A DNA stretch of 64,000 nucleotides from contig JAEEOC010000057.1 of assembly GCA_016284035.1 (NCBI GenBank), positions 4,903-68,902 of the forward strand, read 5' to 3'. A program made the translations under genes and the position numbers. Shown piece after piece: positions 10,501 through 21,084 of the stretch (position 1 is its first letter; every line of letters starts with the position of its first letter). The notes beneath the pieces were generated by a model. That model had not been told where the DNA came from and made no database searches. It saw nothing but the letters and a program-made list of their open reading frames with translations. This DNA is from Dehalococcoidales bacterium. Its GTDB lineage: Bacteria > Chloroflexota > Dehalococcoidia > Dehalococcoidales > UBA1222.

Positions 10501-11743
10501 TAATCGTGCCGAATTCACCAAACAGATGTTCGACGAAGGTTATACGATCATCGCTCCCAACATGAGTCCCATCCATTTCAGCCTGCTGGAAGCCGTTTTC
10601 AGAAAACGAGGATTTAACGCCGTCGTACTGGACAACACCCATCAGGGCGCTATCGACTGCGGCCTGCAGTACGTCAATAACGACGCATGTTATCCTTCGA
10701 TCTTGTCCGTCGGACAGATCATGGAAGCCGTCATGTCCGGCAAATATGATACGAACAAACTGGCTATCCTCATGTCCCAGACAGGCGGATGCTGCCGTGC
10801 CAGCAATTATGTCAGCTTCATCCGCAGAGCCCTGGACAAGGCTGGACTGTCCCATATCCCTGTCATATCCTTCAATACCAACGGGATGGAAAAGAACGAG
10901 GGATTCAAACTGTCTCTGCCCATGTTCGTCGAGGGCCTGAGAGCAGCAGTCTGCGGCGATCTCCTGATGAGATGTCTGTATAAGACTCGTCCGTATGAGG
11001 TCGAACCGGGCTCAGCCAATGCTTTACATAAAAAATGGGAACAGGCATTTTTCGATTTTACCAAGGGAACGCCCGGACACTTAAGCTTTGACAAGATCTG
11101 TCAGGGGATCGTGAAAGACTTTGACGAGCTTCCGATCCACGAAGACCTCAAGAAACCTCGCGTCGGTATCGTCGGAGAGATTCTGGTAAAATACATGCCC
11201 CTTGCCAACAATAATCTCGTAGACCTGCTGGAGAAGGAAGGTGCCGAAGCAGTAGTGCCGGATCTCCTGGACTTCTTCATCGAAGGTTTTTACGGCAAGG
11301 ATTACAAACATAAATATCTGGGAGAATCCTGGAAATCATCGGTCATCGCACGTTTCGGGACAGGTCTCCTAGGCTGGGTTCGCAAGCCTGCTGTCAAAGC
11401 ACTCAAGAAGAGCAAACGCTTCGAGCCTCCCATGCCCATGGAACACATCGCTGAGATGGCAAAACCTTTCCTGTCCATCGGCAACCAGTACGGTGAAGGG
11501 TGGTTCCTGACCGGCGAGATGGCAGAGCTATTGACAGAAAACGTGCCCAATATCGTCTGTGTCCAGCCCTTTGCATGCCTGCCGAACCATGTGGTCGGCA
11601 AGGGTGTGATCAAGGCTTTGAGAAATAAGTATCCACAGGCCAACATCGTCGCTATCGACTATGATCCGGGAGCAAGTGAAGTCAACCAACTCAACAGGTT
11701 ATCACTGATGCTCTCGACCGCAAAAAAGAACTTGGAGAAATAA
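7508..11743 (+). CDS. Two BadF/BadG/BcrA/BcrD-type activase ATPase domains fused to a 2-hydroxyacyl-CoA-dehydratase-like/DUF2229-like module (PlsA/PlsR-like architecture)
   Basis: 1411 aa. There are two acetate/sugar-kinase-fold ATPase repeats (GIDVGSTTVKLVIL... and GIDAGSTTTKLALI..., each followed by an ELGGQD/DIGGQD motif). Cys-rich segments follow (RCGGCENNC, CYPAK, NDACYP, QPFACLPNH). TTG at 7508 or ATG at 7514. Confidence 0.85.
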   Translation: MLMKTYRAGIDVGSTTVKLVILGEDDEILFHAYDRHHAHTQKTLAGLLQQTKAALGECSLKIGITGSGSINLAKSLEIQFVQEVVAVATALKKYYPQTDVAIELGGEDAKIIYFKGGLDERMNGVCAGGTGSFIDQMAALLQTDAAGLNEAAKDYKEHYTIAARCGVFAKSDIQPLINEGATRPDLAASIFQSVVNQTISGLACGKPIRGCVAFLGGPLHFLTELKAAFIRTLKLGPDAIVDPENSHLFAALGAALENPSEKSCNIDDLISTLEKGVTLEFEIKRLAPLFDNEADYEAFKLRHQQHKVKKADISTYSGPCFLGIDAGSTTTKLALIDQDGSLLWSYYDNNHGSPIKTTMAALADLKAVLPSDSQIVRSCSTGYGEALLKAAFRLDEGEVETVAHCVAAEFFDPNVDCVLDIGGQDMKCIRLKNHTVDSVMLNEACSSGCGSFIENFANSLNYSAAGFAKEALYAKHPVDLGTRCTVFMNSNVKQAQKEGATISDISAGLAYSVIKNALFKVIKLSSAKDLGSHIVVQGGTFYNHAVLRAFEKISDVEVICPDISGIMGAFGAALIARRHYTGQCTTMMTFDQVQELTYDTKTTRCGGCENNCILTINIFSGDRRYISGNRCEKVVKNSSIVEPGPNLVEFKKNRIFDYESLSEEEAPRGIIGIPRVLNIYENYPFWATFFKELGFRVILSPFSTRNIYELGMESIPSESECYPAKISHGHVQWLINSGIKTIFYPCVFYEFQETPDAQNHYNCPMVVAYPENIKNNVEDISAENIRFIRPFIALTSEKTASDRLEMLCAKEWGIPASEVQKAVHAAWIEQRKAKDDIREEGTRLLKEMEEKHKKGIVLAGRPYHVDPEINHGIPELISSYGFYVFSEDSLPLQERPERPIRVVDQWVFHSRLYAAAEFVTNRDDLELIQTFSFGCGLDAVTTDQVSEILEKSNKLYTLLKIDEVNNLGAARIRIRSLLAAIKMREEENIKAKPTSIAYNRAEFTKQMFDEGYTIIAPNMSPIHFSLLEAVFRKRGFNAVVLDNTHQGAIDCGLQYVNNDACYPSILSVGQIMEAVMSGKYDTNKLAILMSQTGGCCRASNYVSFIRRALDKAGLSHIPVISFNTNGMEKNEGFKLSLPMFVEGLRAAVCGDLLMRCLYKTRPYEVEPGSANALHKKWEQAFFDFTKGTPGHLSFDKICQGIVKDFDELPIHEDLKKPRVGIVGEILVKYMPLANNNLVDLLEKEGAEAVVPDLLDFFIEGFYGKDYKHKYLGESWKSSVIARFGTGLLGWVRKPAVKALKKSKRFEPPMPMEHIAEMAKPFLSIGNQYGEGWFLTGEMAELLTENVPNIVCVQPFACLPNHVVGKGVIKALRNKYPQANIVAIDYDPGASEVNQLNRLSLMLSTAKKNLEK

Positions 11744-12451
11744 ATGAAAAAGTATGATGCAATCCTCTTCGATCTTGACGGCACAGTGCTGCCTATGGAT
11801 TTAGATTATTTCGTAAAATCCTATTTCAAAGTTTTAGCAGTAAAACTGGCTAAGCATGGATATGATCCCGAAGCAGCGATCCAAGCATTACAGGTAGGGA
11901 CAAAGGCCATGGTCAAAAATGACGGCTCGAAGACCAACGAACAGGCCTTTTGGGACAAATTCTTTGAGCTGATCCCTCCCAAAGATGATACCAAAGCTGT
12001 TTTTGAGTCTTTCTATAAAAATGAATTTGAGACCGTATCGGAGCTCTTTCCGCCCAATCCGCTGGTCCCCGATGTGATCCAGATCTCAAGACGTTATGCA
12101 GACAGGATCATCTTAGCCACCAATCCTCTCTTCCCGTATTTTGCGACAGAAAGCCGTATCCGCTGGGCCGGCCTGGAAGTAAACGATTTTGAAATGTATA
12201 CCTCATACGAGGATTATCATTACTGTAAGCCCAACGTAAATTACTACGCAGAACTCTTTGAGCGAGCCGGTTTGGATGCAAAGAATTGCCTGATGGTAGG
12301 CAATGATGCCAAGGAAGATACCGTGGTTAGCGAATTAGGAACTGACATTTATCTGATAACAGACTATCTTCTCAACAGAGAGAATCGGGATATCAGCGAT
12401 ATACCCCACGGGGACTTCCCTGCCTTTGTAAAATGGCTGCAGGAGGGCTGA
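11744..12451 (+). CDS. HAD-superfamily hydrolase
   Basis: 235 aa with the N-terminal motif I ILFDLDGTV and a C-terminal GNDAKED motif. Its ATG directly abuts the upstream stop codon. Confidence 0.75.
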   Translation: MKKYDAILFDLDGTVLPMDLDYFVKSYFKVLAVKLAKHGYDPEAAIQALQVGTKAMVKNDGSKTNEQAFWDKFFELIPPKDDTKAVFESFYKNEFETVSELFPPNPLVPDVIQISRRYADRIILATNPLFPYFATESRIRWAGLEVNDFEMYTSYEDYHYCKPNVNYYAELFERAGLDAKNCLMVGNDAKEDTVVSELGTDIYLITDYLLNRENRDISDIPHGDFPAFVKWLQEG

Positions 12452-12458
12452 TACAGCG

Positions 12459-13649
12459 TTAGACGCCGGACTGGCTGTTAGGCGGCCCTTCGGTCACGAT
12501 CTTTGAATTGGCAAGCTCCAGTTCATCAGATTTCCTTTTGAGAGCTCTCAGTATGACCGTGTATAAAACAGATACGATGGGGACTGAGATGATCATACCG
12601 ACCACACCAATAAAGTTACCGCCGATGACGACTGCAGACATGACCAAAAGGCTCGGCAGCTTCATCTGATTACCAATGACTCTGGGATAGACCACATAGT
12701 TGTCGACCAACTGCAGACAGACAACGAAAATCACAAAGAACAGCATCTTGGCCGGTGAAACGGTCAAGGCAAGCAATGCACCGATGGCGCCGCCAATCCA
12801 TGCACCGAACATGGGGATCAGGGCAGTGATAGCGATGATAGCTGAAGTAGCCACCACATAAGGGAACCTAAAAATCGTCATACCGATCAGACAGAGTACA
12901 AAGAGGATACAAGCCTCAGTAAGCTGACCGGTCACAAAATTCCTGAATGCATCACTGCAGAGATCAAGGACACCTTTGACATTGCTGACAGTTTTTTCCT
13001 TCATGAAAAGACCGCTGACCTTTTCAAGGAAAGCAAAGATCCGTTTTTTCTGGATCAGGATGTTGATAGCAAAAATGATACCGATAACGATATTGAAGAC
13101 GACACCCACTACAGAAGAAACTGCACCGGAAATGTTGGTCATCCAGTCTGCTTTGAAGAAACTGGAGATGAAGTTAGCGATCTTGGTCCAGTCGACATTG
13201 CTGATAGTTATGGGGTCGATCTCGAAACCTAAACTCAATGCCATATTGTAGATCCAGTCGAGCAGATCCTGGACCATGGGCGGTACTTTATCCTTGAGGA
13301 TATTGAACGCATCTCCTATCTCAGGAACAGCGATGAAGAGAACGCCGGTAATGAAGAGGACTACGGTGACAAGAGCCAGAACCACTGCTACGTTTCTGGC
13401 CACGGTATCTGTGCTATGTGGAGTCCATCTTCTGAATAGTTTGCGCAGACCTTTCTTATAGATGGTAACCAAGGGATTCAAGATAAACGCAATCGCGATA
13501 CCAACAATGACAGGCATGAACTTGCCAATGAAACTGCCGATAAATCCCCAGACCTTATTGAAATTCAAAACGAGCAATACGAGTGCCGCCGCACCTAAGA
13601 TCCAAAGGAGCTTCTGATAAAAATTCGGTTCACTGTTGAACTTTCGCAT
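12459..13649 (-). CDS. AI-2E family transporter (PerM/YhhT-like permease)
   Basis: 396 aa, polytopic, with the typical LIPMFGAWIGGAIGALLAL and YPRVIGNQMKL motifs. Confidence 0.8.
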   Translation of the reverse strand: MRKFNSEPNFYQKLLWILGAAALVLLVLNFNKVWGFIGSFIGKFMPVIVGIAIAFILNPLVTIYKKGLRKLFRRWTPHSTDTVARNVAVVLALVTVVLFITGVLFIAVPEIGDAFNILKDKVPPMVQDLLDWIYNMALSLGFEIDPITISNVDWTKIANFISSFFKADWMTNISGAVSSVVGVVFNIVIGIIFAINILIQKKRIFAFLEKVSGLFMKEKTVSNVKGVLDLCSDAFRNFVTGQLTEACILFVLCLIGMTIFRFPYVVATSAIIAITALIPMFGAWIGGAIGALLALTVSPAKMLFFVIFVVCLQLVDNYVVYPRVIGNQMKLPSLLVMSAVVIGGNFIGVVGMIISVPIVSVLYTVILRALKRKSDELELANSKIVTEGPPNSQSGV

Positions 13650-13713
13650 CTTTTGCTCGTTCTTTAATAATCAACTTATTTTGTATTATATCAAACTTCA
13701 GTAACGATATAAT

Positions 13714-14793
13714 CTATTTTTTTCCGTCATCCAATACCTTGCCTAACTGTTCGAACAACTGCTTCTGTTCTTTGGACAGTTTTTGGGGGATGACGACCTT
13801 TATGTCAACATACTGGTCGCCTTTAACGTTCCTCCTGAGAACAGGCGCGCCTTTTCCGCGAAGAGTCAAGACATCACCGGGCTGTGTACCAGCAGGTATC
13901 TTCAAAACGGTATCACCATAAAGAGTCGGGACTTTGACCTCACATCCCAGAGTTACCTGAGCAATATTCAATTCCAGCGTGTAATAGATATCGCTTTCAT
14001 CACGTCGGAAGAACTTGTGTTCCTTGACATTAATACTGATGATGACGTTCCCAGGCGCGGCTGAAGTATCACCGACGTCGCCCTGGCCGGTCAGCTGTAT
14101 CCTGACTCCGTCGACGACACCAGCAGGAACATTTACTTTGAGCGTCTTCTCTACGCTTGTTTTACCGGTACCGCGGCAGTTGGTGCACGGATCCTTTATG
14201 ACAGTGCCCTTGCCATGGCAGGAAGGACAGACTGATTCGCTGGTAAATCTTCCGAAAAGACTCTGCTGGACTCGTCGGACAACGCCGGTACCATTACATT
14301 CCGAACACTTGGGTGTCTGGCTGCCAGGTTTGGCTCCCGTTCCGGAACATGTCGGACAGTATTCTTTTCTCTTGATCGAGACCTCTTTCTCGCAACCCAG
14401 ACACGCTTCCTCAAAAGAAATGACCAAGCGATACATCAAATCGCTTCCGCGCTGAGGGCCCCTGGACTGTCGGCCGGCGGCGCCGCCGAAGAAGGTCTCG
14501 AAGATGTCCCCGAAACCTCCGAAGTCTCCGAAGCCGCTGAATCCGGCTCCTCCGCCACCGAAACTGCCGTCTACTCCGGCATGTCCGAATTGATCATAGG
14601 CACTTCGTTTTTCGCTGTCACTCAAGACCTGATAGGCCTCGTTGACCTCTTTAAACTTATCGGCAGCATCCGGCTCATGATTACGATCGGGATGGTACTG
14701 CATTGCCAATGTTCGGAATGCTTTTTTGATTTCTTCACTTGAAGCATTGCGGTCCACGCCTAATACTTCGTAATAATCTCTTTTCTCTGCCAT
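13714..14793 (-). CDS. dnaJ: Molecular chaperone DnaJ
   Basis: J domain (DYYEVLGV...HPDRN), a G/F-rich linker and four CxxCxGxG zinc motifs. I prefer the ATG at 14793, preceded by GAAAGG; the track ORF extends to 14811. Confidence 0.97.
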   Translation of the reverse strand: MAEKRDYYEVLGVDRNASSEEIKKAFRTLAMQYHPDRNHEPDAADKFKEVNEAYQVLSDSEKRSAYDQFGHAGVDGSFGGGGAGFSGFGDFGGFGDIFETFFGGAAGRQSRGPQRGSDLMYRLVISFEEACLGCEKEVSIKRKEYCPTCSGTGAKPGSQTPKCSECNGTGVVRRVQQSLFGRFTSESVCPSCHGKGTVIKDPCTNCRGTGKTSVEKTLKVNVPAGVVDGVRIQLTGQGDVGDTSAAPGNVIISINVKEHKFFRRDESDIYYTLELNIAQVTLGCEVKVPTLYGDTVLKIPAGTQPGDVLTLRGKGAPVLRRNVKGDQYVDIKVVIPQKLSKEQKQLFEQLGKVLDDGKK

Positions 14794-14813
14794 AATGTGC
14801 CTTTCAACCATAC

Positions 14814-14844
14814 AAGGGCTAAAGATACAAGATCCTTAGCCCTT
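14814..14844 (-). other. Stem-loop in the dnaK-dnaJ spacer
   Basis: 9-bp perfect stem (AAGGGCTAA / TTAGCCCTT) with a 13-nt loop and no U-tract. It may be a processing or attenuation element. Confidence 0.3.
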
Positions 14845-14881
14845 ATTCGTATCAATTATTTTTTCTAGCCGAAAACACGGT

Positions 14882-16789
<1,908 letters not shown>

Positions 16790-16844
16790 ATTATTAATCC
16801 TCCTATTGTGTTTTCTTATCTAAAATAGAGTCGTTTTCAATTTG

Positions 16845-17381
16845 TTATTTGTCAGGAAGGGGCTCGCCATTACCAACTGCCACTCTGGCCGGTCTGATGA
16901 CCAAGTCAAAGAGCTTGTATCCTTTCTGATATTCAGTAATGACCTTGCCTTCCTCGCCGGGAACCTGCATGAGAGCCTCATGCACTTTGGGATCAAAGTC
17001 TTTGCCAACAGACTCGATGACAGTCACGTTGGACAGCTCCAACAAGTTCTCGAACTTCTTATGGATGCCGGAAAAACCTGCAAACCAAGCTTGTGATTTT
17101 TCATCACCGGGAGTTGCCGAAACAGCTCTCTCAAAATCATCCATGATAGGCAGAAGCTTTTCGATAAACTGCTTTTCAGAGAACTTGGCGAATTCGATCT
17201 TGTCCATCTCCATTCGCTTCTTGGCGTTATCGAATTCAGCAACAGCCCTGAGATATTTATCTTTCATCTCAGCCAGTTCCTGCTTAGCAGCAGCCAATTC
17301 GTCAACTTTCGGGGCTTCCTGTTCGGTCTCGGGTGCTTCTGTGCTGTTTTCTTCGTTATTGGTGATATCTTCTTCAGCCAT
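16845..17381 (-). CDS. grpE: Nucleotide exchange factor GrpE
   Basis: 178 aa with an acidic N-terminus, a coiled coil (KDKYLRAVAEFDNAKKR) and a C-terminal beta domain. Its ATG overlaps the hrcA stop (TAATG). Confidence 0.95.
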   Translation of the reverse strand: MAEEDITNNEENSTEAPETEQEAPKVDELAAAKQELAEMKDKYLRAVAEFDNAKKRMEMDKIEFAKFSEKQFIEKLLPIMDDFERAVSATPGDEKSQAWFAGFSGIHKKFENLLELSNVTVIESVGKDFDPKVHEALMQVPGEEGKVITEYQKGYKLFDLVIRPARVAVGNGEPLPDK

Positions 17382-18430
17382 TAAAACATCCTTCCTTTCA
17401 AATATTTTCCGTCAGTACGCACGCCGTAAAGGTTAGTGACAAGGACACTGATGATCGAGGCCACATAGCCCGTAACTGAAATGTTCTTGTAATAATCCAT
17501 TCTGGTCGGTCCTATGACTGCAATGGTTCCCAACGGCTCATTGGGGAGACCGTACCTGGACATAATCACACTGCAGTTGGGAATCGGTGATGATTTCAGT
17601 TCATCGCCGATGAAGACCTTGACGCCGTAATCATAAGGAATGATCGGTAAAATCGTTTCGAGAATCCTTCTCTGCTGGGCAAGCTCTATCATCTTGGACA
17701 TATAAGAACTGTGGATAAATTCAGGCTGTTCGAAAAGATAACCCAAACCATCAAAATAGGCCTCTCGGCTATCTTTCTTGTTCTCGCTCTCCATCAGATG
17801 GATGGCGACTTTAGCAACCTTATCCTCAAAGCCTTCCAGACGCTCTTCAACTGCGCGGAGCTGATCGAGAGACAAGGAATAGAACTTTTCATTGAGTCTC
17901 GCAGAAATCTCTGTCAGTTCTTTCTGATCCATTTCAGTCTCGCAGTTGATGAGCTGCTGCTTGACCTTAGACCCATGAAGAACCAGGACCAGGAGCACTA
18001 CGTTAGGCTGGATGGACACCAGCTGCAGCTGCTTGATCCTAGCGGAATCGACGTGCGGACTGGTGACGACGACCACACAATGAGTACGCTGCGCCAACAC
18101 TGTTGTCGACAGTTTCAGCCATTCTTCCAATCGGTCTTCCACCTGATAGAACAGATGGTTGATCATGAATTGCTCGTCGGGAGACAATTCCGTGTCCTTC
18201 AGACCCTCAACAAAATAGCGATAGCCTTTATCGGAAGGGATAGAGCCGGCGGCATAATGAGGCCTGACAATGAAACCCTCTTTCTCAAGGCGCATGACAT
18301 CATTACGGATGGTGGCAGAACTGACACCAAGACCGCAATCATCCAAAATGCTGTTCGAAGAGATCGGTACAGCCTTCTGAACATACTGCCTGATAATCGA
18401 TTCCAGTATTATTTCACTACGTTCTTTCAT
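17381..18430 (-). CDS. hrcA: Heat-inducible transcription repressor HrcA
   Basis: The N-terminus from M36 of the track ORF reads MKERSEIILESIIRQYVQ...SSATIRNDVMRLEKEGFI, a winged-helix HrcA signature. The track extension to 18535 would run through the CIRCE element and the promoter. Confidence 0.93.
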   Translation of the reverse strand: MKERSEIILESIIRQYVQKAVPISSNSILDDCGLGVSSATIRNDVMRLEKEGFIVRPHYAAGSIPSDKGYRYFVEGLKDTELSPDEQFMINHLFYQVEDRLEEWLKLSTTVLAQRTHCVVVVTSPHVDSARIKQLQLVSIQPNVVLLVLVLHGSKVKQQLINCETEMDQKELTEISARLNEKFYSLSLDQLRAVEERLEGFEDKVAKVAIHLMESENKKDSREAYFDGLGYLFEQPEFIHSSYMSKMIELAQQRRILETILPIIPYDYGVKVFIGDELKSSPIPNCSVIMSRYGLPNEPLGTIAVIGPTRMDYYKNISVTGYVASIISVLVTNLYGVRTDGKYLKGRMF

Positions 18431-18444
18431 TGTTTTGTGCCTGA

Positions 18445-18471
18445 TTAGCAATCGAAGTTGCCGACTGCTAA
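18445..18471 (-). promoter_or_regulatory. CIRCE-like HrcA operator upstream of hrcA
   Basis: TTAGCAATC-N9-GACTGCTAA, compared with the consensus TTAGCACTC-N9-GAGTGCTAA. It lies between the predicted -10 and the hrcA start. Confidence 0.8.
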
Positions 18472-18473
18472 TA

Positions 18474-18502
18474 AATGTAACACTCCCATAAATGATTGTC
18501 AA
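18474..18502 (-). promoter_or_regulatory. Sigma70-type promoter of the hrcA-grpE-dnaK-dnaJ operon
   Basis: On the minus strand: TTGACA (18502-18497), a 17-nt spacer, then TACATT (18479-18474). CIRCE follows immediately. Confidence 0.55.
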
Positions 18503-18587
18503 CACATCGTTTTTAGTAAAACTTTTGAAGTTCAACTTGCTAACAGTTACAATAGTTCTAACTAGTCCAACATAGGAGGTCGCTACA

Positions 18588-19025
18588 ATGCCTTTCGATC
18601 CTGGTGTTTATTACGATGAGATTCCTTGGGACGAGATCCCTTGGGAAGAATTGATGGGTGTGTGGATCGCCGTCGTCGGCGTCTTTCTCGTGATCCTCAT
18701 CCTCAATATCATCGCCAAATGGAGAATCTATACTAAGGCCAAGAAGCCCGGATGGGCCGCCCTTATTCCCTTCTATACTGACTACATCTACTATGAACTC
18801 TCCTGGGGCGAAGGCTGGAACTTCCTTTATTCATATGTCTCCCTTCCCTTCATTCCTTTCGTCATCGGTATCATCACCTGCATCAAGGTTGCCCGCAGTT
18901 TCGGTAAGGGTGACGGTTTCGCCGTCGGTCTCATTTTCCTGCCGACCATCTTCAGTCTCATCCTGGCTTTCGGAAAGAGCGAATACTGTGGTCCCGTCCG
19001 CAAGCTGAGTGAATCCTACGAATAG
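18588..19025 (+). CDS. Small membrane protein, DUF5684-like
   Basis: 145 aa. The motif KWRIYTKAKKPGWAALIPFY is what I recall for DUF5684. It has three TM segments. Confidence 0.6.
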   Translation: MPFDPGVYYDEIPWDEIPWEELMGVWIAVVGVFLVILILNIIAKWRIYTKAKKPGWAALIPFYTDYIYYELSWGEGWNFLYSYVSLPFIPFVIGIITCIKVARSFGKGDGFAVGLIFLPTIFSLILAFGKSEYCGPVRKLSESYE

Positions 19026-19035
19026 TTAAGGAATA

Positions 19036-19587
19036 TTGATGCGAAGCCTTGCCATCGTACAGAAGATCTTCTTCATTTTGAAGATCCTTGCCACGGTCAT
19101 CATGGTGCTGTGTTTTGTCGGTGCCGGAATATCGTTGCTTGCTTCTTTCTCTGTGAACGCACTGTCTGATTCGGACATAGCAACTATCATTTCTTCTATG
19201 CCGATCTACAGTGAGACGTTTGAGAATTTCACACTTGCTCAATTAAGCGGCGTCATGTTCATTGCCTTTGTGCTGACATTGACAGAAGGTATATTGGCCC
19301 TTTTCACTAAACGCTTCGCCCAGGCTGAACTGCAAGAAGGAACGCCTTTCACCGACAACACCGTCTCGAATCTGCGGATCCTGGGTATCCTGCTCATAGT
19401 TCTTCCGTTTATTTCCGACCTGGTCGTTTCTTTTATCATCAACCGAAACGGCATAACCGATATGGACTTTTCAGGAGGCAGCACGATGCTTATCGGCGTG
19501 GTGCTCCTGATTGCTTCTTTCGTGCTTCAAGTCGGAATTGAAACGATCAAGGAAGCTAAAAAAGAATCTGACTCTTCTAACAAATAA
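19036..19587 (+). CDS. Membrane protein, DUF2975-like
   Basis: 183 aa with four TM segments and a central GTPFTDNTVSNLRILG motif. Starts at TTG 19036 or ATG 19039. Confidence 0.5.
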   Translation: MMRSLAIVQKIFFILKILATVIMVLCFVGAGISLLASFSVNALSDSDIATIISSMPIYSETFENFTLAQLSGVMFIAFVLTLTEGILALFTKRFAQAELQEGTPFTDNTVSNLRILGILLIVLPFISDLVVSFIINRNGITDMDFSGGSTMLIGVVLLIASFVLQVGIETIKEAKKESDSSNK

Positions 19588-19607
19588 CAAAACTTTTGAT
19601 TAATAAT

Positions 19608-19648
19608 GAAAGCCCGCATCTTCTCACTGATGCGGGCTTTCCTGTTTT
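19608..19648 (+). terminator. Intrinsic terminator (possibly bidirectional)
   Basis: GAAAGCCCGCATC / GATGCGGGCTTTC 13-bp stem with an 8-nt loop, followed by CTGTTTT. Confidence 0.7.
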
Positions 19649-19687
19649 CAGAACAAGTAACTGGATTTAACTTTTGCTTTTGGACTA

Positions 19688-21013
19688 TTAGGGACGGAAG
19701 CCGCCCTGACCGAACTGTCCTCCGATGCCTCCCATCTGACCGGGCATGCCGCCCATGCCGTCAGGGCCGGCAACACCACTGGAATTGTTGAGATTGAATG
19801 CTTCAGAGATATACAGTTCACCGTCATAATCGATGCCTGCTTCGCCGCCCATACTTGCACTGCTGATCTTTGCGCTGCCGGCGATAAGATTGACATTGCC
19901 GTTGGAGTCGATACCGTCAGCACTGGTATTGACTATTACTTCACCACCTTGGATATTTACGGAATAGGTTAGCTCATCTACGAACAGAGCATCCTTATTG
20001 GCAGCGTTGATGCCATCATCCGATGCGTTGACAGTCACCTTGCCACCAAGGATATTGACTACAGTGCCCTCAAGACCTTCCGTACAGGCTGTGATCATCA
20101 GGGTGGGGCCGCTTCCTTCTGTACCGATAGTAAGGATATGGTCGGCATGGACTGCATCATCGACAGCATCGATCGTAATTGAACCGCCGGGGATAGCCAG
20201 ATCATAGTTGGCGTTGATACCATCATTAGACGCGTTGATGATGAGTGAAACTTCACCGCCGATGATGAGGCTGCTCTCGTCTCCTGATTTGATACCATTC
20301 TTGGCCGTACCGTTGATCGTAAGAGTTCCGTCACCTGTGATATAGGCAACAGCCCCTGCTTTGACCTTGATCGCTGCTCCGTCGAATGCATCTGCTACTT
20401 CTGCATCCTCCGATTCCTCGTCTTCAGGATTCTCATTATCAGTGAGAATCACATTTCCGGAAATGATGATCTGTGCTTCTGAACCTTTATTGACAGAAAC
20501 GGTAGCACCGGTAGTACTGGTCAGGTCCAGATCCTTCAGGACGAGTACGACGCCCGTAACCCCTTTCTTGACAGTGATATTTCCTTCAGAAGAAGTTCCG
20601 GTCACAATATAGGTACCTGCTTCTGAAATCTTAATATCGCTTTCTTCGGCGACATCATAAGTAGTTGCATTGGCATAGTCCGCTTCCAAGTCCATAGCAC
20701 TGTTTTCGGTAATGCCCTCTACGACTTCTCCAGAAACATCAGTGGATGCAGTGATTTGTGTTTTCTGACCGCCGGGCATCTGTCCGCCCCATTGTGTTCC
20801 AGGAAAGTCTGGACGCTGATTTGCATTGGCACCGCTTGAAGGTACTTCTACTGTTGTTGTGGAAGTCTTTTCGACAGTGACAGTCTGTGTGACTGTGACC
20901 TGCTCCGCAGTGTCGTTTGCATATGTATTGGCTGCATTATTTCCGCAGGCACACATTCCAATTGCCAGACTCACGGAAAGCAGTACCGCAATTAAGTTTC
21001 TTAAGATTTTCAT
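19688..21013 (-). CDS. Lipoprotein with a beta-helix-like repeat domain (carbohydrate-binding/DUF4353-like) and a Gly/Met/Gln-rich tail
   Basis: 441 aa with lipobox LAIGMCAC-G. It shows repeated G-x-I/V-T/I-I-x-G/A-x-D-D-G-I-N/D segments and a tail reading GPDGMGGMPGQMGGIGGQFGQGGFRP. Confidence 0.6.
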   Translation of the reverse strand: MKILRNLIAVLLSVSLAIGMCACGNNAANTYANDTAEQVTVTQTVTVEKTSTTTVEVPSSGANANQRPDFPGTQWGGQMPGGQKTQITASTDVSGEVVEGITENSAMDLEADYANATTYDVAEESDIKISEAGTYIVTGTSSEGNITVKKGVTGVVLVLKDLDLTSTTGATVSVNKGSEAQIIISGNVILTDNENPEDEESEDAEVADAFDGAAIKVKAGAVAYITGDGTLTINGTAKNGIKSGDESSLIIGGEVSLIINASNDGINANYDLAIPGGSITIDAVDDAVHADHILTIGTEGSGPTLMITACTEGLEGTVVNILGGKVTVNASDDGINAANKDALFVDELTYSVNIQGGEVIVNTSADGIDSNGNVNLIAGSAKISSASMGGEAGIDYDGELYISEAFNLNNSSGVAGPDGMGGMPGQMGGIGGQFGQGGFRP

Positions 21014-21084
21014 GATAACCCTCCTTTAGGTTTGATGAGTCCATTGTAAAGGGGGTTTATTGAAGGAAGATTGAAGGTTTTTAA

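Noticed and set aside
18431-18535. 5' extension of the hrcA ORF in the track.
   Set aside because: The extension would translate through the CIRCE operator and the promoter and has no homology-like features. Similar extensions at dnaJ (14794-14811), the MATE gene (25182-25271), lspA (27598-27642), the lipid kinase (31090-31110), queA (35363-35467), nrdD (37084-37098), the HAD-IB gene (55907-55942) and the lipoprotein (57204-57350) also look spurious. They would overlap upstream genes or regulatory sites, and internal ATGs with ribosome-binding sites give canonical N-termini.
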